A DNA stretch of 38,767 bases from a virus (IMGVR_UViG_3300009194_000025:1-38767), one strand, 5' to 3'. Shown: positions 24,814-34,356, numbered from the stretch's first letter. Notes: generated from the sequence alone by a model not told the origin. A program made the numbers and translations.

Positions 24814-25115
24814 AGGGTCGCAAGCCAACGGCTGAAGAAAAGCGCTTCCACGACAAGATTGCTAGCCTGGGCTGCATTGCCTGCTACCTGGATGGCCGCT
24901 ACAACCCAGAAGTTTCAATTCATCATGTCGACGGACGGACGAAGCCTGGAGCTCAAATGAAAGTGCTTCCGCTCTGTGCCGGGCACCATCAGGACGGCAC
25001 CGAAATTCCCGGCTTAATCGCCATCCATCCGTGGAAAGCAAGATTCGAGAAGCTTTACGGGCGGCAGGAAGAACTGCTGGCGCTGTGTCATGAACTGCTG
25101 GAAAGGGATACGTAA
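24810..25115 (+). CDS. Ref-like (recombination enhancement) HNH nuclease
   Basis: T.EEKRF...IA.LGCIAC.......IHH.DGRT......VLPLC..HHQ...H..K..FE..YG.Q.ELL. Confidence 0.8.
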   Translation: MKGRKPTAEEKRFHDKIASLGCIACYLDGRYNPEVSIHHVDGRTKPGAQMKVLPLCAGHHQDGTEIPGLIAIHPWKARFEKLYGRQEELLALCHELLERDT

Positions 25116-25546
25116 TGGGAAAGCTATCAAGAACAAAGGGCGCGGCAGGTGAGCGGGAGTTCTGCAAACTACTGTCCGCTGAACTGGAATACCTGGGCGT
25201 TGACGCAAGCCTGAGTCGCAACCTGCAACAGGCTCGGGATGGCGGTTACGACATTGACGGCCTCGATATGCTTGCCATTGAGATTAAGCGGGCAAAGAAG
25301 CCAGACATCCGCGCCTGGTGGTGCCAGTGCGTACTGCAATCCTACGAATCTGATAGAACACCGGTGCTGGCCTACCGACTTGACAACCAGAAATGGCGCG
25401 TTCGGATGCACATCAACGACATTGCCAATCTTGACGTTTCCGTGAACGCCAACGACTCGCTTGAGTTCACGGTTGAAATGGACCTGAGCTTGTTCGCACA
25501 ACTTGTTGCGGACAGGCTGTTGAAGCGAGATGGGAAAGCCGCTTGA
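25115..25546 (+). CDS. PD-(D/E)XK Holliday junction resolvase-like nuclease
   Basis: SR.KGA.GERE...GG.DI.......IEIKR......WW.Q.......P.L.YR. Confidence 0.8.
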   Translation: MGKLSRTKGAAGEREFCKLLSAELEYLGVDASLSRNLQQARDGGYDIDGLDMLAIEIKRAKKPDIRAWWCQCVLQSYESDRTPVLAYRLDNQKWRVRMHINDIANLDVSVNANDSLEFTVEMDLSLFAQLVADRLLKRDGKAA

Positions 25547-25737
25547 ATCAAGAGCAGCACAAATCCGACTGCCTTGCACGATGGCAGGCACTGGAAGCCG
25601 AAGCCCGCAAGAAATGGGGCGACTACCGGCGAAAGCGGATCACCAGGAGGGAGCTTGAGGGCTGGCTGAAGCAGCAAAGTGAGATGGATGAGCGGACGAT
25701 TCGGGCAATGTTTAACGCGATGCGGGGTGGCAGATGA
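25543..25737 (+). CDS. Hypothetical protein
   Basis: TTGA/ATGA coupling. Confidence 0.6.
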   Translation: MNQEQHKSDCLARWQALEAEARKKWGDYRRKRITRRELEGWLKQQSEMDERTIRAMFNAMRGGR

Positions 25738-26222
25738 AGGTAGCAAAGACGAAAGCAGATCAAGTGGGCCGACAGCTGGCAGAGCGTACCGTTGACCTGT
25801 TTCTGGAAGTGCTGTTCAGCAGCGACCAAGACGCGGGCTGGCAGGGTGATTCCGTCATCGGCAAGCTGGTGGACTTCAAGGGCGATCTGCCCATGAGCTC
25901 AGGCTTCAGCGGATTCAGCAAGGTGTGGGAGAAGTCGAAGCTATTGGGTGAATGGTCTGACGCTCACAAAGGAGCCTGCGTGATCATGCGCAACCTGTCC
26001 GACCGAAAGCGTGAGGCCGTGACCATAGACAGGTCATATCGCAATCGCGTGAAGGCTGCCATTGATCCGGTCGTGCCAGAGGCAAGGGCGGAAATACTGT
26101 GGGACGACCAGCGCTGCGCCGACCTTCTTCAGTGCACTGTCAACGCTTTCAGGAAGCGAATCGCTGAGGGATACCAGCAAATTGAAGACCATCTGAGAGC
26201 TGAAATTCAGAAATCCGCCTGA
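25734..26222 (+). CDS. Putative late-gene antiterminator/activator (Q position, sigma-region-4-like HTH)
   Basis: Last early gene, immediately followed by a promoter and a terminator; C-terminal HTH-like DQRCADLLQCTVNAFRKRI. Confidence 0.6.
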   Translation: MKVAKTKADQVGRQLAERTVDLFLEVLFSSDQDAGWQGDSVIGKLVDFKGDLPMSSGFSGFSKVWEKSKLLGEWSDAHKGACVIMRNLSDRKREAVTIDRSYRNRVKAAIDPVVPEARAEILWDDQRCADLLQCTVNAFRKRIAEGYQQIEDHLRAEIQKSA

Positions 26223-26237
26223 ACTGACTGGAGAAAG

Positions 26238-26266
26238 TTTGCACAAACCGCATTAGAATGTATACT
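26238..26266 (+). promoter_or_regulatory. Late promoter (pR'-like)
   Basis: TTGCAC-N16-TATACT just after the Q-like gene. Confidence 0.7.
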
Positions 26267-26299
26267 CTCAGGTAATTAGTAGTTCCGACCCCAAAGAAA

Positions 26300-26330
26300 G
26301 CCGCCATCACTCCGAGTTGGCGGTTTTTTT
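26300..26330 (+). terminator. Intrinsic terminator (tR'-like)
   Basis: GCCGCCA-loop-TGGCGGT followed by a T-run. Confidence 0.8.
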
Positions 26331-26618
26331 GTGCCCGGAACCAGCTACAACGTGCGGCCTACGCTCCCAGGCTGACCAGCAACGTCAGGCCATCATTCCA
26401 TAGCCGCTCGGTGAGGTTGGCGCCCTCTTTGTGACGCAATAGCCCCAGCATCCAGACACCGCCCAAGCCTCTGCCTCGACATTCCGAGGGATCATGCTCA
26501 AATCGCAGGCGGTTTTAAAAAAAGCCGGTGGACGCGCCGGAAGTCCTGTCAGCCCTCTTGCTTCGGCTACGGCTGGCTGGGCGACCCTATTCCTCTCATC
26601 TGCAAGCCAGCAGAGCCT

Positions 26619-26641
26619 TGCCCTCAATCGAGGGCTTTTTT
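26619..26641 (+). terminator. Intrinsic terminator-like hairpin
   Basis: GCCCTC-AATC-GAGGGC-TTTTTT. Confidence 0.65.
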
Positions 26642-26656
26642 CTTTAGAGGTGCAGC

Positions 26657-27136
26657 ATGGCAAAGGTTATCTTTGGAAATGACGTTGTTTTACTTGATCC
26701 CGAAGATCTTTGGCTGCTAGAGCACAACGGCTTCAGTCAATGGAGCGTGAGAACAAACAATGGAATGAGATACGTAGGGCGCAAGCCTGTTCCAGGAAGC
26801 TCGGATAAAACCTACGAAAGCCTGCACCGACTTATCGCTGACTGCCCTGAAGGCATGATGGTTGATCATATTAATGGCAACACTCTTGACAATCGACGGA
26901 GCAACTTGCGCGTCTGCACTCATGCCGAGAATATGCGTAATCGAAAGATTCACAAGAACAACAAGTCGGGCTTCAAAGGCGTTTATTTAGATCGTATCAC
27001 CGGGAAGTGGAAGGCTCAGATAAGAAATAATCGGAAGAGGTTTTATCTGGGTTCCTACGAGACGCCAGAAGAAGCCAGCAAGGCATATTTAGATGCAGCC
27101 GAAAGGCTCCATGGCGAGTTTTTCAGGGCTGCATAA
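26657..27136 (+). CDS. Free-standing HNH-AP2 homing endonuclease
   Basis: LHRLI....GM.VDHINGNTLDNRRSNLR.CT..EN.RN, then AP2 domain NKSGFKGV....GKWKAQI......YLG.Y.T.EEA..AY..AA..LHGEF; AT-richer than its flanks. Confidence 0.92.
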   Translation: MAKVIFGNDVVLLDPEDLWLLEHNGFSQWSVRTNNGMRYVGRKPVPGSSDKTYESLHRLIADCPEGMMVDHINGNTLDNRRSNLRVCTHAENMRNRKIHKNNKSGFKGVYLDRITGKWKAQIRNNRKRFYLGSYETPEEASKAYLDAAERLHGEFFRAA

Positions 27137-27147
27137 TCGGAGGTCGC

Positions 27148-27609
27148 ATGAGCATCCACCCCGGCCAGCTCCGTGAGTACATCATTCGCCCGGTCCTGAA
27201 CCGTATCGGCCTGTACTCCGAAGCCGCTGAAGAACTGCTGATGCTCACGGCGGCCACCGAATCCCTGTGCGGGAAGTTTGTGCATCAGGTAGGCGGGCCC
27301 GCATTGGGCATCTTCCAGATGGAGCCTCGCACCCATGATGATATCTGGGAAAACTTCTTGAAGTACAAGCCAGCCCTGGCCATGCACGTCAAGACCTATG
27401 GCCGAATCTCTCAGCAGCTTCCCGGCAATCTTTACTACGCCTGCGCCATGGCTCGGGTGCATTACCTCCGAGTGCCTGAGCGCCTGCCTTCAGCGATGGA
27501 CGTTGACGGCCTGGCCCGGTACTGGAAGGACCACTACAACACCCATCTCGGAGCCGGCCAGCCGCATGAGGCGGTTGAGAATTACCAGCGCTTCGCGGTG
27601 GTTGATTAA
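27148..27609 (+). CDS. Endolysin, lysozyme-like fold
   Basis: LL..TAA.ES.......Q..GPALGIFQMEP.TH.D.W...YA.AMAR.HY...YWK.HYNT..G.G; heads the lysis cassette. Confidence 0.8.
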   Translation: MSIHPGQLREYIIRPVLNRIGLYSEAAEELLMLTAATESLCGKFVHQVGGPALGIFQMEPRTHDDIWENFLKYKPALAMHVKTYGRISQQLPGNLYYACAMARVHYLRVPERLPSAMDVDGLARYWKDHYNTHLGAGQPHEAVENYQRFAVVD

Positions 27610-27620
27610 ACCCTAGCAAA

Positions 27621-28007
27621 ATGAACCGAGTCGAGAGAATGCCTTGGAGCCAACTTGCCCAAAACTTCAGCGAAGGTGGAGGAATCTGGGCCTTTGTCAG
27701 CGCGATCTTCACAGCCGCCTGCTTTGCAGCCGTTGGCTTATTCAAGGTTCGCACCAGCTCGGCTATTGCCCGGGACGCAGATCTCAAAGAACGTGAGGCC
27801 GCCCTTGTCCAGCATCTTGCCGCCGAAGTGAGTCGGCTGAATGCTCTGGTGGCCGATCTGGATATTGCCTTGAAGGCCCAGGCCAATGAGCACCGCGAAG
27901 CCATGAACCGTGAGCGCGAAGAGTGCAACGCCAAGATGGCCGCTCTGAGGGCGGAGATGGAGATTCTGAAGCGCCGGATGAGTAACGAGGAACAGCGCGG
28001 TGATTAA
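27621..28007 (+). CDS. Single-TM plus coiled-coil membrane protein (holin/antiholin-like)
   Basis: Hydrophobic GIWAFVSAIFTAACFAAVGLF followed by a coiled coil; lysis cassette. Confidence 0.6.
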   Translation: MNRVERMPWSQLAQNFSEGGGIWAFVSAIFTAACFAAVGLFKVRTSSAIARDADLKEREAALVQHLAAEVSRLNALVADLDIALKAQANEHREAMNREREECNAKMAALRAEMEILKRRMSNEEQRGD

Positions 28008-28215
28008 GTGGCTGTACGATCACTATTTCATCACCACCCTGATAGCGCTGTATTACATGGCCCTCTCTGGCTACGGCACCTATCAGGTGTTTAGTCAGAT
28101 CACCGAAATCACCGGCTCAGGCGTTGCGGTATACGGCACATTGATGGCGTTACCTCCCGCTGCCGTGGCAATGATTCGCTGGCGTATTGGCAAAGACAAT
28201 CAGGGTGAGCAATGA
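28000..28215 (+). CDS. Putative two-TM holin
   Basis: Two hydrophobic segments and a charged C-terminus; between endolysin and spanins. Confidence 0.6.
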   Translation: MIKWLYDHYFITTLIALYYMALSGYGTYQVFSQITEITGSGVAVYGTLMALPPAAVAMIRWRIGKDNQGEQ

Positions 28216-28565
28216 GTAAGATCACGCTTGGCGCCATTGCCGTTCTGGTCATTCTGCTCGGAATCTCCGGCTATCTTCTGAAAGGGCTTTATGAGCAGGT
28301 AGGCGAACTTGAGCAGGCCAACGCCCAGCTTGAGCAGTCTCTGAGCGAACAAATTGACGAGAATGACGAATTGCAAACCGAAATTGAGCGAAGGGATCAG
28401 GCGGTATTGAACGCCAAGCGAGCCGAGGCCCGCGCCCGATCCGAAGCTGACTCTATCCGTCGCGACCGCGACAAGGCCCTGAAAGATGATCCGTGGACTC
28501 GTAAGCCTGTGCCTGCTGCTGTTGTTGACAGCCTGCAAGCCGGCGCTCGTCAAGACCGAGACTGA
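28212..28565 (+). CDS. Rz: i-spanin (Rz-like)
   Basis: N-terminal TM plus coiled coil; W...PVP..V C-terminal motif; overlaps a lipoprotein gene. Confidence 0.8.
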   Translation: MSKITLGAIAVLVILLGISGYLLKGLYEQVGELEQANAQLEQSLSEQIDENDELQTEIERRDQAVLNAKRAEARARSEADSIRRDRDKALKDDPWTRKPVPAAVVDSLQAGARQDRD

Positions 28566-28743
28566 GTACCGATACCCACCGGCCTATCTGCTGGAGCCGT
28601 GCCCGATTCCATGGCCTGGCGACTCCATGCAGAACCTGGACTTGGCCGACTATTCAAGCGACCTGCAAACCATGTTGAGAATCTGCAATAGCGATAAGGC
28701 TGAGATTCGCAACTGGCGCAACGATCACGAGGTTCCCAAATAA
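28486..28743 (+). CDS. Rz1: o-spanin lipoprotein (Rz1-like)
   Basis: Lipobox LLLTAC, Pro-rich PP..LL.PC..P, and CN.DK..IR.W. Confidence 0.85.
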   Translation: MIRGLVSLCLLLLLTACKPALVKTETEYRYPPAYLLEPCPIPWPGDSMQNLDLADYSSDLQTMLRICNSDKAEIRNWRNDHEVPK

Positions 28744-29427
28744 TGCCCGCACCCATAGTCCTGAGAAACCTGACCCCGGAGACGAAGATCGTTCCGAATC
28801 CGCCTGCTGGCCAACCGGTGATTGCTACGAAAGCTGCGTTGCGGGATGGGAGTCGTCCGACTTCGGGCGGGGGTGATCCGGTTGATCCTGCGCTCCCCGG
28901 CGCATTAACCGAGCAGCAATGGCTGGACGTTCTCAGAACCCAAGGCTCCGGTACGCCCGACCCTAAGTTCAACCCCGACACAGATATTACCTTTATCGGC
29001 GCTTTTCGCATTGGATTTAAGTCGAACGCAGAAAGCGGGCCTGCCGGCGATTCAGTACCCGCTGGATGTCAACGCCCCGGCCAAGCGCACGTTCACCGCC
29101 AATCGTCTGCTTAAGTTCACAGCAAGCGAGCCACTGTTCTTCATGCAGCCCGGCGAGATCCTGGATTATGACTTTGATTTGACCGACTGGCTGGCCGAGC
29201 AGGGTGGCGACATTGCCGAGGGCACGCACGAAATCACCGAGATGGCTGAAGCGCTGGATGTGCTGATATCTGGCCACGTTCCAGGCACAGGCCGAGTGAA
29301 GGTCTGGTTGGAGGCGGGCAAGGTCACTGACAGCCAATCGTCTCTGGTGCAACTGAAAGTCTCCACCACCGGCTACCGGACTGGCGTTTTCCAGTTCCGT
29401 GTGGTCATCATCAACTGGATGCAGTAA
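28743..29427 (+). pseudogene. Split/internally deleted structural gene: Pro-rich N-part (28743-~29020) and a C-part resembling a tail-fibre adaptor domain (~29020-29427) in another frame
   Basis: ORFs 28743..29114 and 29011..29427 overlap by 104 nt. The first degenerates after GAFRIGFKS. The second has no SD/ATG start but carries F.MQPGE.LDYD.D...WL...KVWL..G...V.T...RT. Confidence 0.55.
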
Positions 29428-29432
29428 GAATC

Positions 29433-30002
29433 ATGGCAAATAACGGTAGCAAACTGGGTAAGAAGCCGAGGGAATCGACTCTGGCAAAGTTGCGCGAGTT
29501 TGCCGATATGTATCGCGGCGGCAAGGAGGGCCTTCGAGGTAATGCTGCTCGCTGTTACGCCGAGATGCACCCTGGCGCCCACCCAAAAAACTGCGAAGCC
29601 AGAGGCAGCGAGTATCTGAACCACCCGTACACGCAGGAATACATGCGCGAGAAAACGGACAAGGTGGCCGAGAAGGCGGATGTAACCCAAGAGCGCGTAA
29701 TCAGGGAAATTGCTCGGATTGGATTGTTTGATGTCCGGAAGCTGTTTGATAACGCGGGCAACCCGCTACCCATCACCGAACTGGATGACGATGTAGCGGC
29801 TGCCATTTCCGGCATTAAGGTCGTTCAGATGGGCGGCAAGGATGGCGAGGAAGTCGCTGGCCAGGTGATCGAGTACAAGATTGCTGACAAGAACAGCGCT
29901 CTGGAGAAGTTGATGAAGTATCTGGGGGCTTACGAGAAAGACAACGCTCAGAAAGCCAAGTCCCTGCAGGAACTGATTGACGAAGTTCGCGGTGAAGGAT
30001 GA
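29433..30002 (+). CDS. terS: Terminase small subunit
   Basis: F...Y....GNA...Y, VT.ERVI.E.ARI...D.RKLFD..G...PI.ELDD, DK..ALE.L.K.LG. Confidence 0.88.
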   Translation: MANNGSKLGKKPRESTLAKLREFADMYRGGKEGLRGNAARCYAEMHPGAHPKNCEARGSEYLNHPYTQEYMREKTDKVAEKADVTQERVIREIARIGLFDVRKLFDNAGNPLPITELDDDVAAAISGIKVVQMGGKDGEEVAGQVIEYKIADKNSALEKLMKYLGAYEKDNAQKAKSLQELIDEVRGEG

Positions 30003-31600
30003 ACCGAACCGCCGAGGTCAGGCTGGCCGAAGCCTACCTGGCCGCCATGGAGTCGGGCGAGGTCACTGAAAAGGCCCATCTGGTCGAGGCCCTGGCGCTC
30101 AAGTGGTTCCGCATCAATACGCTGTACTTCATCAAGGACAAGCACGGTCGAAAGATTCGCTTCCGCCCGAACGAGGCTCAGAGGCAGCGTTACCTGGCCG
30201 GGCACAGCCGCAATATAATTTTGAAGGCCCGCCAGCTCGGCTTCACGACGTTCGAGATGATCGACGCGCTCGATGACTGCCTGTTTAGGGACAACTTCAG
30301 CGCCGGCTGCATCTGTCACAACCTGGACGACGCAAAAGACATATTCCGGAACAAGATCACGTTCGCTTACCAGAACATTCCGGAGGCGTGGCTGGCGATC
30401 TTTGATCAGATTGGCCTGAGATTTCCCAGGCCGGTGAGCGACAAGAGCGGATCGGGCGCCTATGTGTTTGACAACGGTTCAAGCATTAACGTGTCCACCA
30501 GTTACCGGGGCGGAACGCTGCAGCGCCTGCACGTGTCGGAGTTCGGCAAGATCTGCAAGCGCTACCCGCACAAGGCGCAGGAGATCGTGACCGGTGCATT
30601 CGAGGCCGTCGGTATCGGCAACCAGATCACTCTGGAATCCACCGCTGAGGGCCGCGAGGGCTATTTCTTCGACTACTGCCAGCAAGCGCAACATTTGCAG
30701 GAGTTGGGGCGAGCCCCAACAGAACTGGATTTCGAGTTCCATTTCTTTCCGTGGTGGCAGGAACCGACCTACACCATGAGCCCGAAAGCTGTGTCTATCC
30801 CGCAGCGGCTGCAAGAGTATTTCGAGCGCCTGTACCACAAGCACGGCATTCAGACGACTCAGGGCCAGCAAGCCTGGTACGCCAAGAAGTCACAAACCCT
30901 GCTGGACGACATGCAGCGGGAGTATCCGTCAACACCGGAAGAAGCCTTTGAGCAGTCGGTGGAAGGCGCATACTACGCCACGCAGATGCAGTTCCTGCGC
31001 AAGAACAAGCGCCTGACCACTGAGGTGCAGGTCAATCCCCAGTTGCCAGTCTTCACTGGCTGGGACTTAGGCATGAACGACTGTATGGCCATCTGGTTTG
31101 CCCAAATTGTGGGCCGGGAAGTCCACTTGGTGGATTACCTGGAAGGTTCCGGCGAGGGCATTGAGTATTACGCCGACCAACTGAACAAGAAGGGTTACCG
31201 GTACGGCGGGCACTACGGGCCACACGATCTGGCTGTACGGGAGCTTGGAACGGGGCTATCCCGCGCCGATGTGGCACAACAGTTTGGCATCAAGTTTGAG
31301 GTTATCCCAAGAATCAGCAATCAGGCCGAAGGGGTGCAGGCAGTTCGCCAGTTCCTACCGGCCTGCTGGATTGACGAGGAAGCCTGCGCTCAGGGCGTCC
31401 TGTGCATCGACAACTACCGCAAGGAATGGGACGACAAGCGGGGCGTTTATAAGGATAGCCCGCGCCACGACTGGGCCAGTCACGGAGCCAAAGCCCTCGA
31501 AACCCTGGCCCGGGCGGATCTGTTTGCCCGACTGTCCCGACAAGATTTTGCCAAGAGTCGCCCGCCGAGTCGAAGAGGCTCATGGGCCGCTCACACATAG
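29999..31600 (+). CDS. terL: Terminase large subunit
   Basis: Walker A ILKARQLGFTT, LHVSEFG, ESTAEG, QREYP.TPEEAF; nuclease motifs WDLG..D and PRHDWASH. Confidence 0.95.
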   Translation: MNRTAEVRLAEAYLAAMESGEVTEKAHLVEALALKWFRINTLYFIKDKHGRKIRFRPNEAQRQRYLAGHSRNIILKARQLGFTTFEMIDALDDCLFRDNFSAGCICHNLDDAKDIFRNKITFAYQNIPEAWLAIFDQIGLRFPRPVSDKSGSGAYVFDNGSSINVSTSYRGGTLQRLHVSEFGKICKRYPHKAQEIVTGAFEAVGIGNQITLESTAEGREGYFFDYCQQAQHLQELGRAPTELDFEFHFFPWWQEPTYTMSPKAVSIPQRLQEYFERLYHKHGIQTTQGQQAWYAKKSQTLLDDMQREYPSTPEEAFEQSVEGAYYATQMQFLRKNKRLTTEVQVNPQLPVFTGWDLGMNDCMAIWFAQIVGREVHLVDYLEGSGEGIEYYADQLNKKGYRYGGHYGPHDLAVRELGTGLSRADVAQQFGIKFEVIPRISNQAEGVQAVRQFLPACWIDEEACAQGVLCIDNYRKEWDDKRGVYKDSPRHDWASHGAKALETLARADLFARLSRQDFAKSRPPSRRGSWAAHT

Positions 31601-31609
31601 AGGTATCGC

Positions 31610-32005
31610 ATGGCCATTCTCGAATCCGATAAGCCGGTCAACCTGACCCAACGTGAAATTGCCGTGATTGTTGCCAAGAGCATCACCGAAACCGGCCTGC
31701 CTGTTCCATCCGGGCGTATCCGCAACGACGTGGACCACATCCAGATTGACCCAATCATTCTGGAAAAGCGCGTCACGCAGCCAAAGATGGGTGTTCGCCT
31801 GCAATTCGTCACCAAGGATAACTTCAAGGTGAATTTCAACATCGATATTGAGCAGTTCGAGGCCAATCCGGGCGGCTACATGACCGATTTGTTTGAGCGG
31901 CTAGGGGAAATGCTGCGTAACAGCCTGAAGATACGCAAGAACACAAAGCTGATGAACTCCGCCATGTACGACATTATGACCGAAGGGGCTGCCGCCAATG
32001 GCTAA
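31610..32005 (+). CDS. Hypothetical protein between terL and portal
   Basis: GAGGT SD; overlaps the portal start. Confidence 0.75.
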   Translation: MAILESDKPVNLTQREIAVIVAKSITETGLPVPSGRIRNDVDHIQIDPIILEKRVTQPKMGVRLQFVTKDNFKVNFNIDIEQFEANPGGYMTDLFERLGEMLRNSLKIRKNTKLMNSAMYDIMTEGAAANG

Positions 32006-34268
32006 TCTGGGACTGCTGCAGCACAAGTCTGCCGGTGATTTGCGCAACGAAGAAACCTATGAGGCGCAACAACTGGCTGACGAGCAGGCCCGGCGCCGTG
32101 ACGCCTTTGAAAGCTCTCTGGCTTCCCATATTCGCAAGAGCTGGGAGGAAGCCAAGATGGCCAAGCAGGAGACTGAATACCGCCTGCTGGACTGCCTGAG
32201 ACGGCGCAAGGGTGAGTACGACCCGAGCAAGCTGACTGCAATCAAGCAGGAAGGAGGTAGCGCCATTTTCATGATGCTGACCACCACAAAATGCCGGGCT
32301 GCGTCATCGTGGATCAGAGACATTCTGATGCCTGCGAACGAAAAACCATGGGGATTGTCTCCTACTCCGATTGCTCAGGTTCCGCCCGAGTTCCTGCAGC
32401 CGGTTTTTCAGGCATTCATCCAGCGAGCCGCGCTTCAGGCTCAGGAGTCTGGTGAGCAACTGGACCCGCAGGCCGTGATGAAGCAGGCGGAAGATCACAT
32501 TCGCCATGCCGCACAGGAAAGGGCTGAGAAAGCTGCAGAGCGCCATGAGGAAGTGATCGAGGACCAGATGGCCGAAGGCAACTGGGATAACGCTCTGGGC
32601 GACTTCATTGATGACTTTGTGACCTTTCCGAGTGCCTTTATCCGTGGGCATAATTTGCGCCGGGTGTCATCTCTGGCCTGGATGGAAGGCTGGAAGCCGG
32701 TCAAATCCATGGAGATAAAGCCGGACTGGTATCGCGTCAGTCCATTCGACATTTACCCGAGCCCGGACGCCACCGACATTGATAACGGCGCCTACATCAT
32801 TGAGCGCTGCCGCTTTACCCGAAGCCACCTGAACAAGTTGCTCGGCGTACCGTCCTACAACGAAGAAGCGATCCGTTCGGTTCTGGACGAGCATGGCCAG
32901 TCTGGCCTGCGTGACTGGCTATGGAGCGACGGCGAGCGGGCCGAACTGGAAGGGCGCGGCAATGAATGGCTGACCCGGGGCCAGACCATCGACGGCTTGA
33001 TCTATTGTGGCGGCGCACAAGGCACCAGCCTGCTGCAGTGGGGCGTGAATCCGGACGATATCGAAGATCCGTTGGCAGAATACGAAGTGGAAGCCACGTT
33101 GATCGGTCAGCATGTCATCCGGGTGAAGATTAACCGAGACCCGCTGGAGCGCCGTCCATACCACAAGGCCAGCTTTCAGCCTGTTCCGGGTTCGTTCTGG
33201 GGGCAGGGCATTCCCGAACTGATGGCGGACATTCAGGACGTATGCAACGCCACTGCCCGGTCGCTTGTCAACAACCTGGCGATCAGTTCCGGTCCTCAGG
33301 TGGAGGTGTACGAAGACCGACTGGACCCGAGCGAAGACCCGACGGACGTGTATCCGTGGAAGGTCTGGCGCACCAAGGATTCCAGCGTCACTGGCAACAA
33401 CCCGGCCATCCGGTTCTACCAGCCCAATAGTAACGCGTCTGAACTGCTTGGGGTGTACGAGAAGTTCGAGATCCGTGCCGACGATGCCACCAATATCCCC
33501 CGCTACGCCTACGGCAATGAGCGCGTGGGCGGGGCCGGTCAGACCGCAACCGGCCTTTCCATGCTCATGGAAAGCGCCAATAAGGGCATCAAGGACGCCA
33601 TCCGCCACATTGACCGTGGCGTCATCCGTCGTGTAATCGAGGCTCTGTGGCTGCACAACATGCAATACAGCGACGATATCAGCATCAAGGGCGATGTGGC
33701 CGTGGTTCCGCGAGGCTCAAGCGCCATGCTGATCCGTGAGCAGACGCACCAGATGCGAGCCGAGTTCCTGGCCATGACGGCCAATGATATTGATATGGGT
33801 ATTATCGGTCGCGAGGGCCGCCGTGATCTGCTGGAAGCCGTGGCCGAGAAGTTGGATATGCCGGGCCTGATCCCTTCCGAGGACAAGATGCAGGAGAACG
33901 CCAAGGGCCAGAACGAGGCGCAGCAAATGATGCAGGAACTGGAAAACATGATTAAGCAGGCCGAGGCCAAGGAGAAAATGGCCAAGGCCGCCAAGAGCGA
34001 GGCGGAGGTGGCCGAGACGCAGGCCGACACCCAGGAAACTGCGGTGATGACCCCGCTGAAGGCCAAGAAACTGATGGCCGAAATTCTCAACATGGTGCGT
34101 GAGGCAGACAATGCAGGAAAAACAATGGAAGGCGCTGGCCAGAATCGCGCAATCCCCGGACGGTCAGCACCTGCTGGCTATCCTCAAGGCCCGGCGCGAG
34201 GAATGCCGGGACCAACTGGAGCGGGTGCCGGATTCGGTGCAAATCCACAAACTCCAGGGATGCGCTGA
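31998..34268 (+). CDS. Portal protein (podovirus-like)
   Basis: Position after terL; VSPFD.YP.P.A, RPY.......PGSFWG.GI.ELM.DIQ...NA..R...NN and TATG.SML; C-terminal coiled coil. Confidence 0.9.
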   Translation: MANLGLLQHKSAGDLRNEETYEAQQLADEQARRRDAFESSLASHIRKSWEEAKMAKQETEYRLLDCLRRRKGEYDPSKLTAIKQEGGSAIFMMLTTTKCRAASSWIRDILMPANEKPWGLSPTPIAQVPPEFLQPVFQAFIQRAALQAQESGEQLDPQAVMKQAEDHIRHAAQERAEKAAERHEEVIEDQMAEGNWDNALGDFIDDFVTFPSAFIRGHNLRRVSSLAWMEGWKPVKSMEIKPDWYRVSPFDIYPSPDATDIDNGAYIIERCRFTRSHLNKLLGVPSYNEEAIRSVLDEHGQSGLRDWLWSDGERAELEGRGNEWLTRGQTIDGLIYCGGAQGTSLLQWGVNPDDIEDPLAEYEVEATLIGQHVIRVKINRDPLERRPYHKASFQPVPGSFWGQGIPELMADIQDVCNATARSLVNNLAISSGPQVEVYEDRLDPSEDPTDVYPWKVWRTKDSSVTGNNPAIRFYQPNSNASELLGVYEKFEIRADDATNIPRYAYGNERVGGAGQTATGLSMLMESANKGIKDAIRHIDRGVIRRVIEALWLHNMQYSDDISIKGDVAVVPRGSSAMLIREQTHQMRAEFLAMTANDIDMGIIGREGRRDLLEAVAEKLDMPGLIPSEDKMQENAKGQNEAQQMMQELENMIKQAEAKEKMAKAAKSEAEVAETQADTQETAVMTPLKAKKLMAEILNMVREADNAGKTMEGAGQNRAIPGRSAPAGYPQGPARGMPGPTGAGAGFGANPQTPGMR

Positions 34269-34338
34269 CACCCTCAATGGCCTGATCGGCAACCTCAATG
34301 AAGCCCGCGAGGTCGTCAACAGGAAATACACGCAATAG
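34111..34338 (+). CDS. Small head-module protein overlapping the portal 3' end
   Basis: GAGG-6nt-ATG; MQEKQWKAL...IHKLQG.A..L motif typical of post-portal genes. Confidence 0.75.
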   Translation: MQEKQWKALARIAQSPDGQHLLAILKARREECRDQLERVPDSVQIHKLQGCADTLNGLIGNLNEAREVVNRKYTQ

Positions 34339-34356
34339 CCCGAACCAGGGCCTCAC

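Noticed and set aside
26335-26620. tRNA genes in the late leader
   Set aside because: No cloverleaf with a T-loop GTTCRA and acceptor stem could be built.
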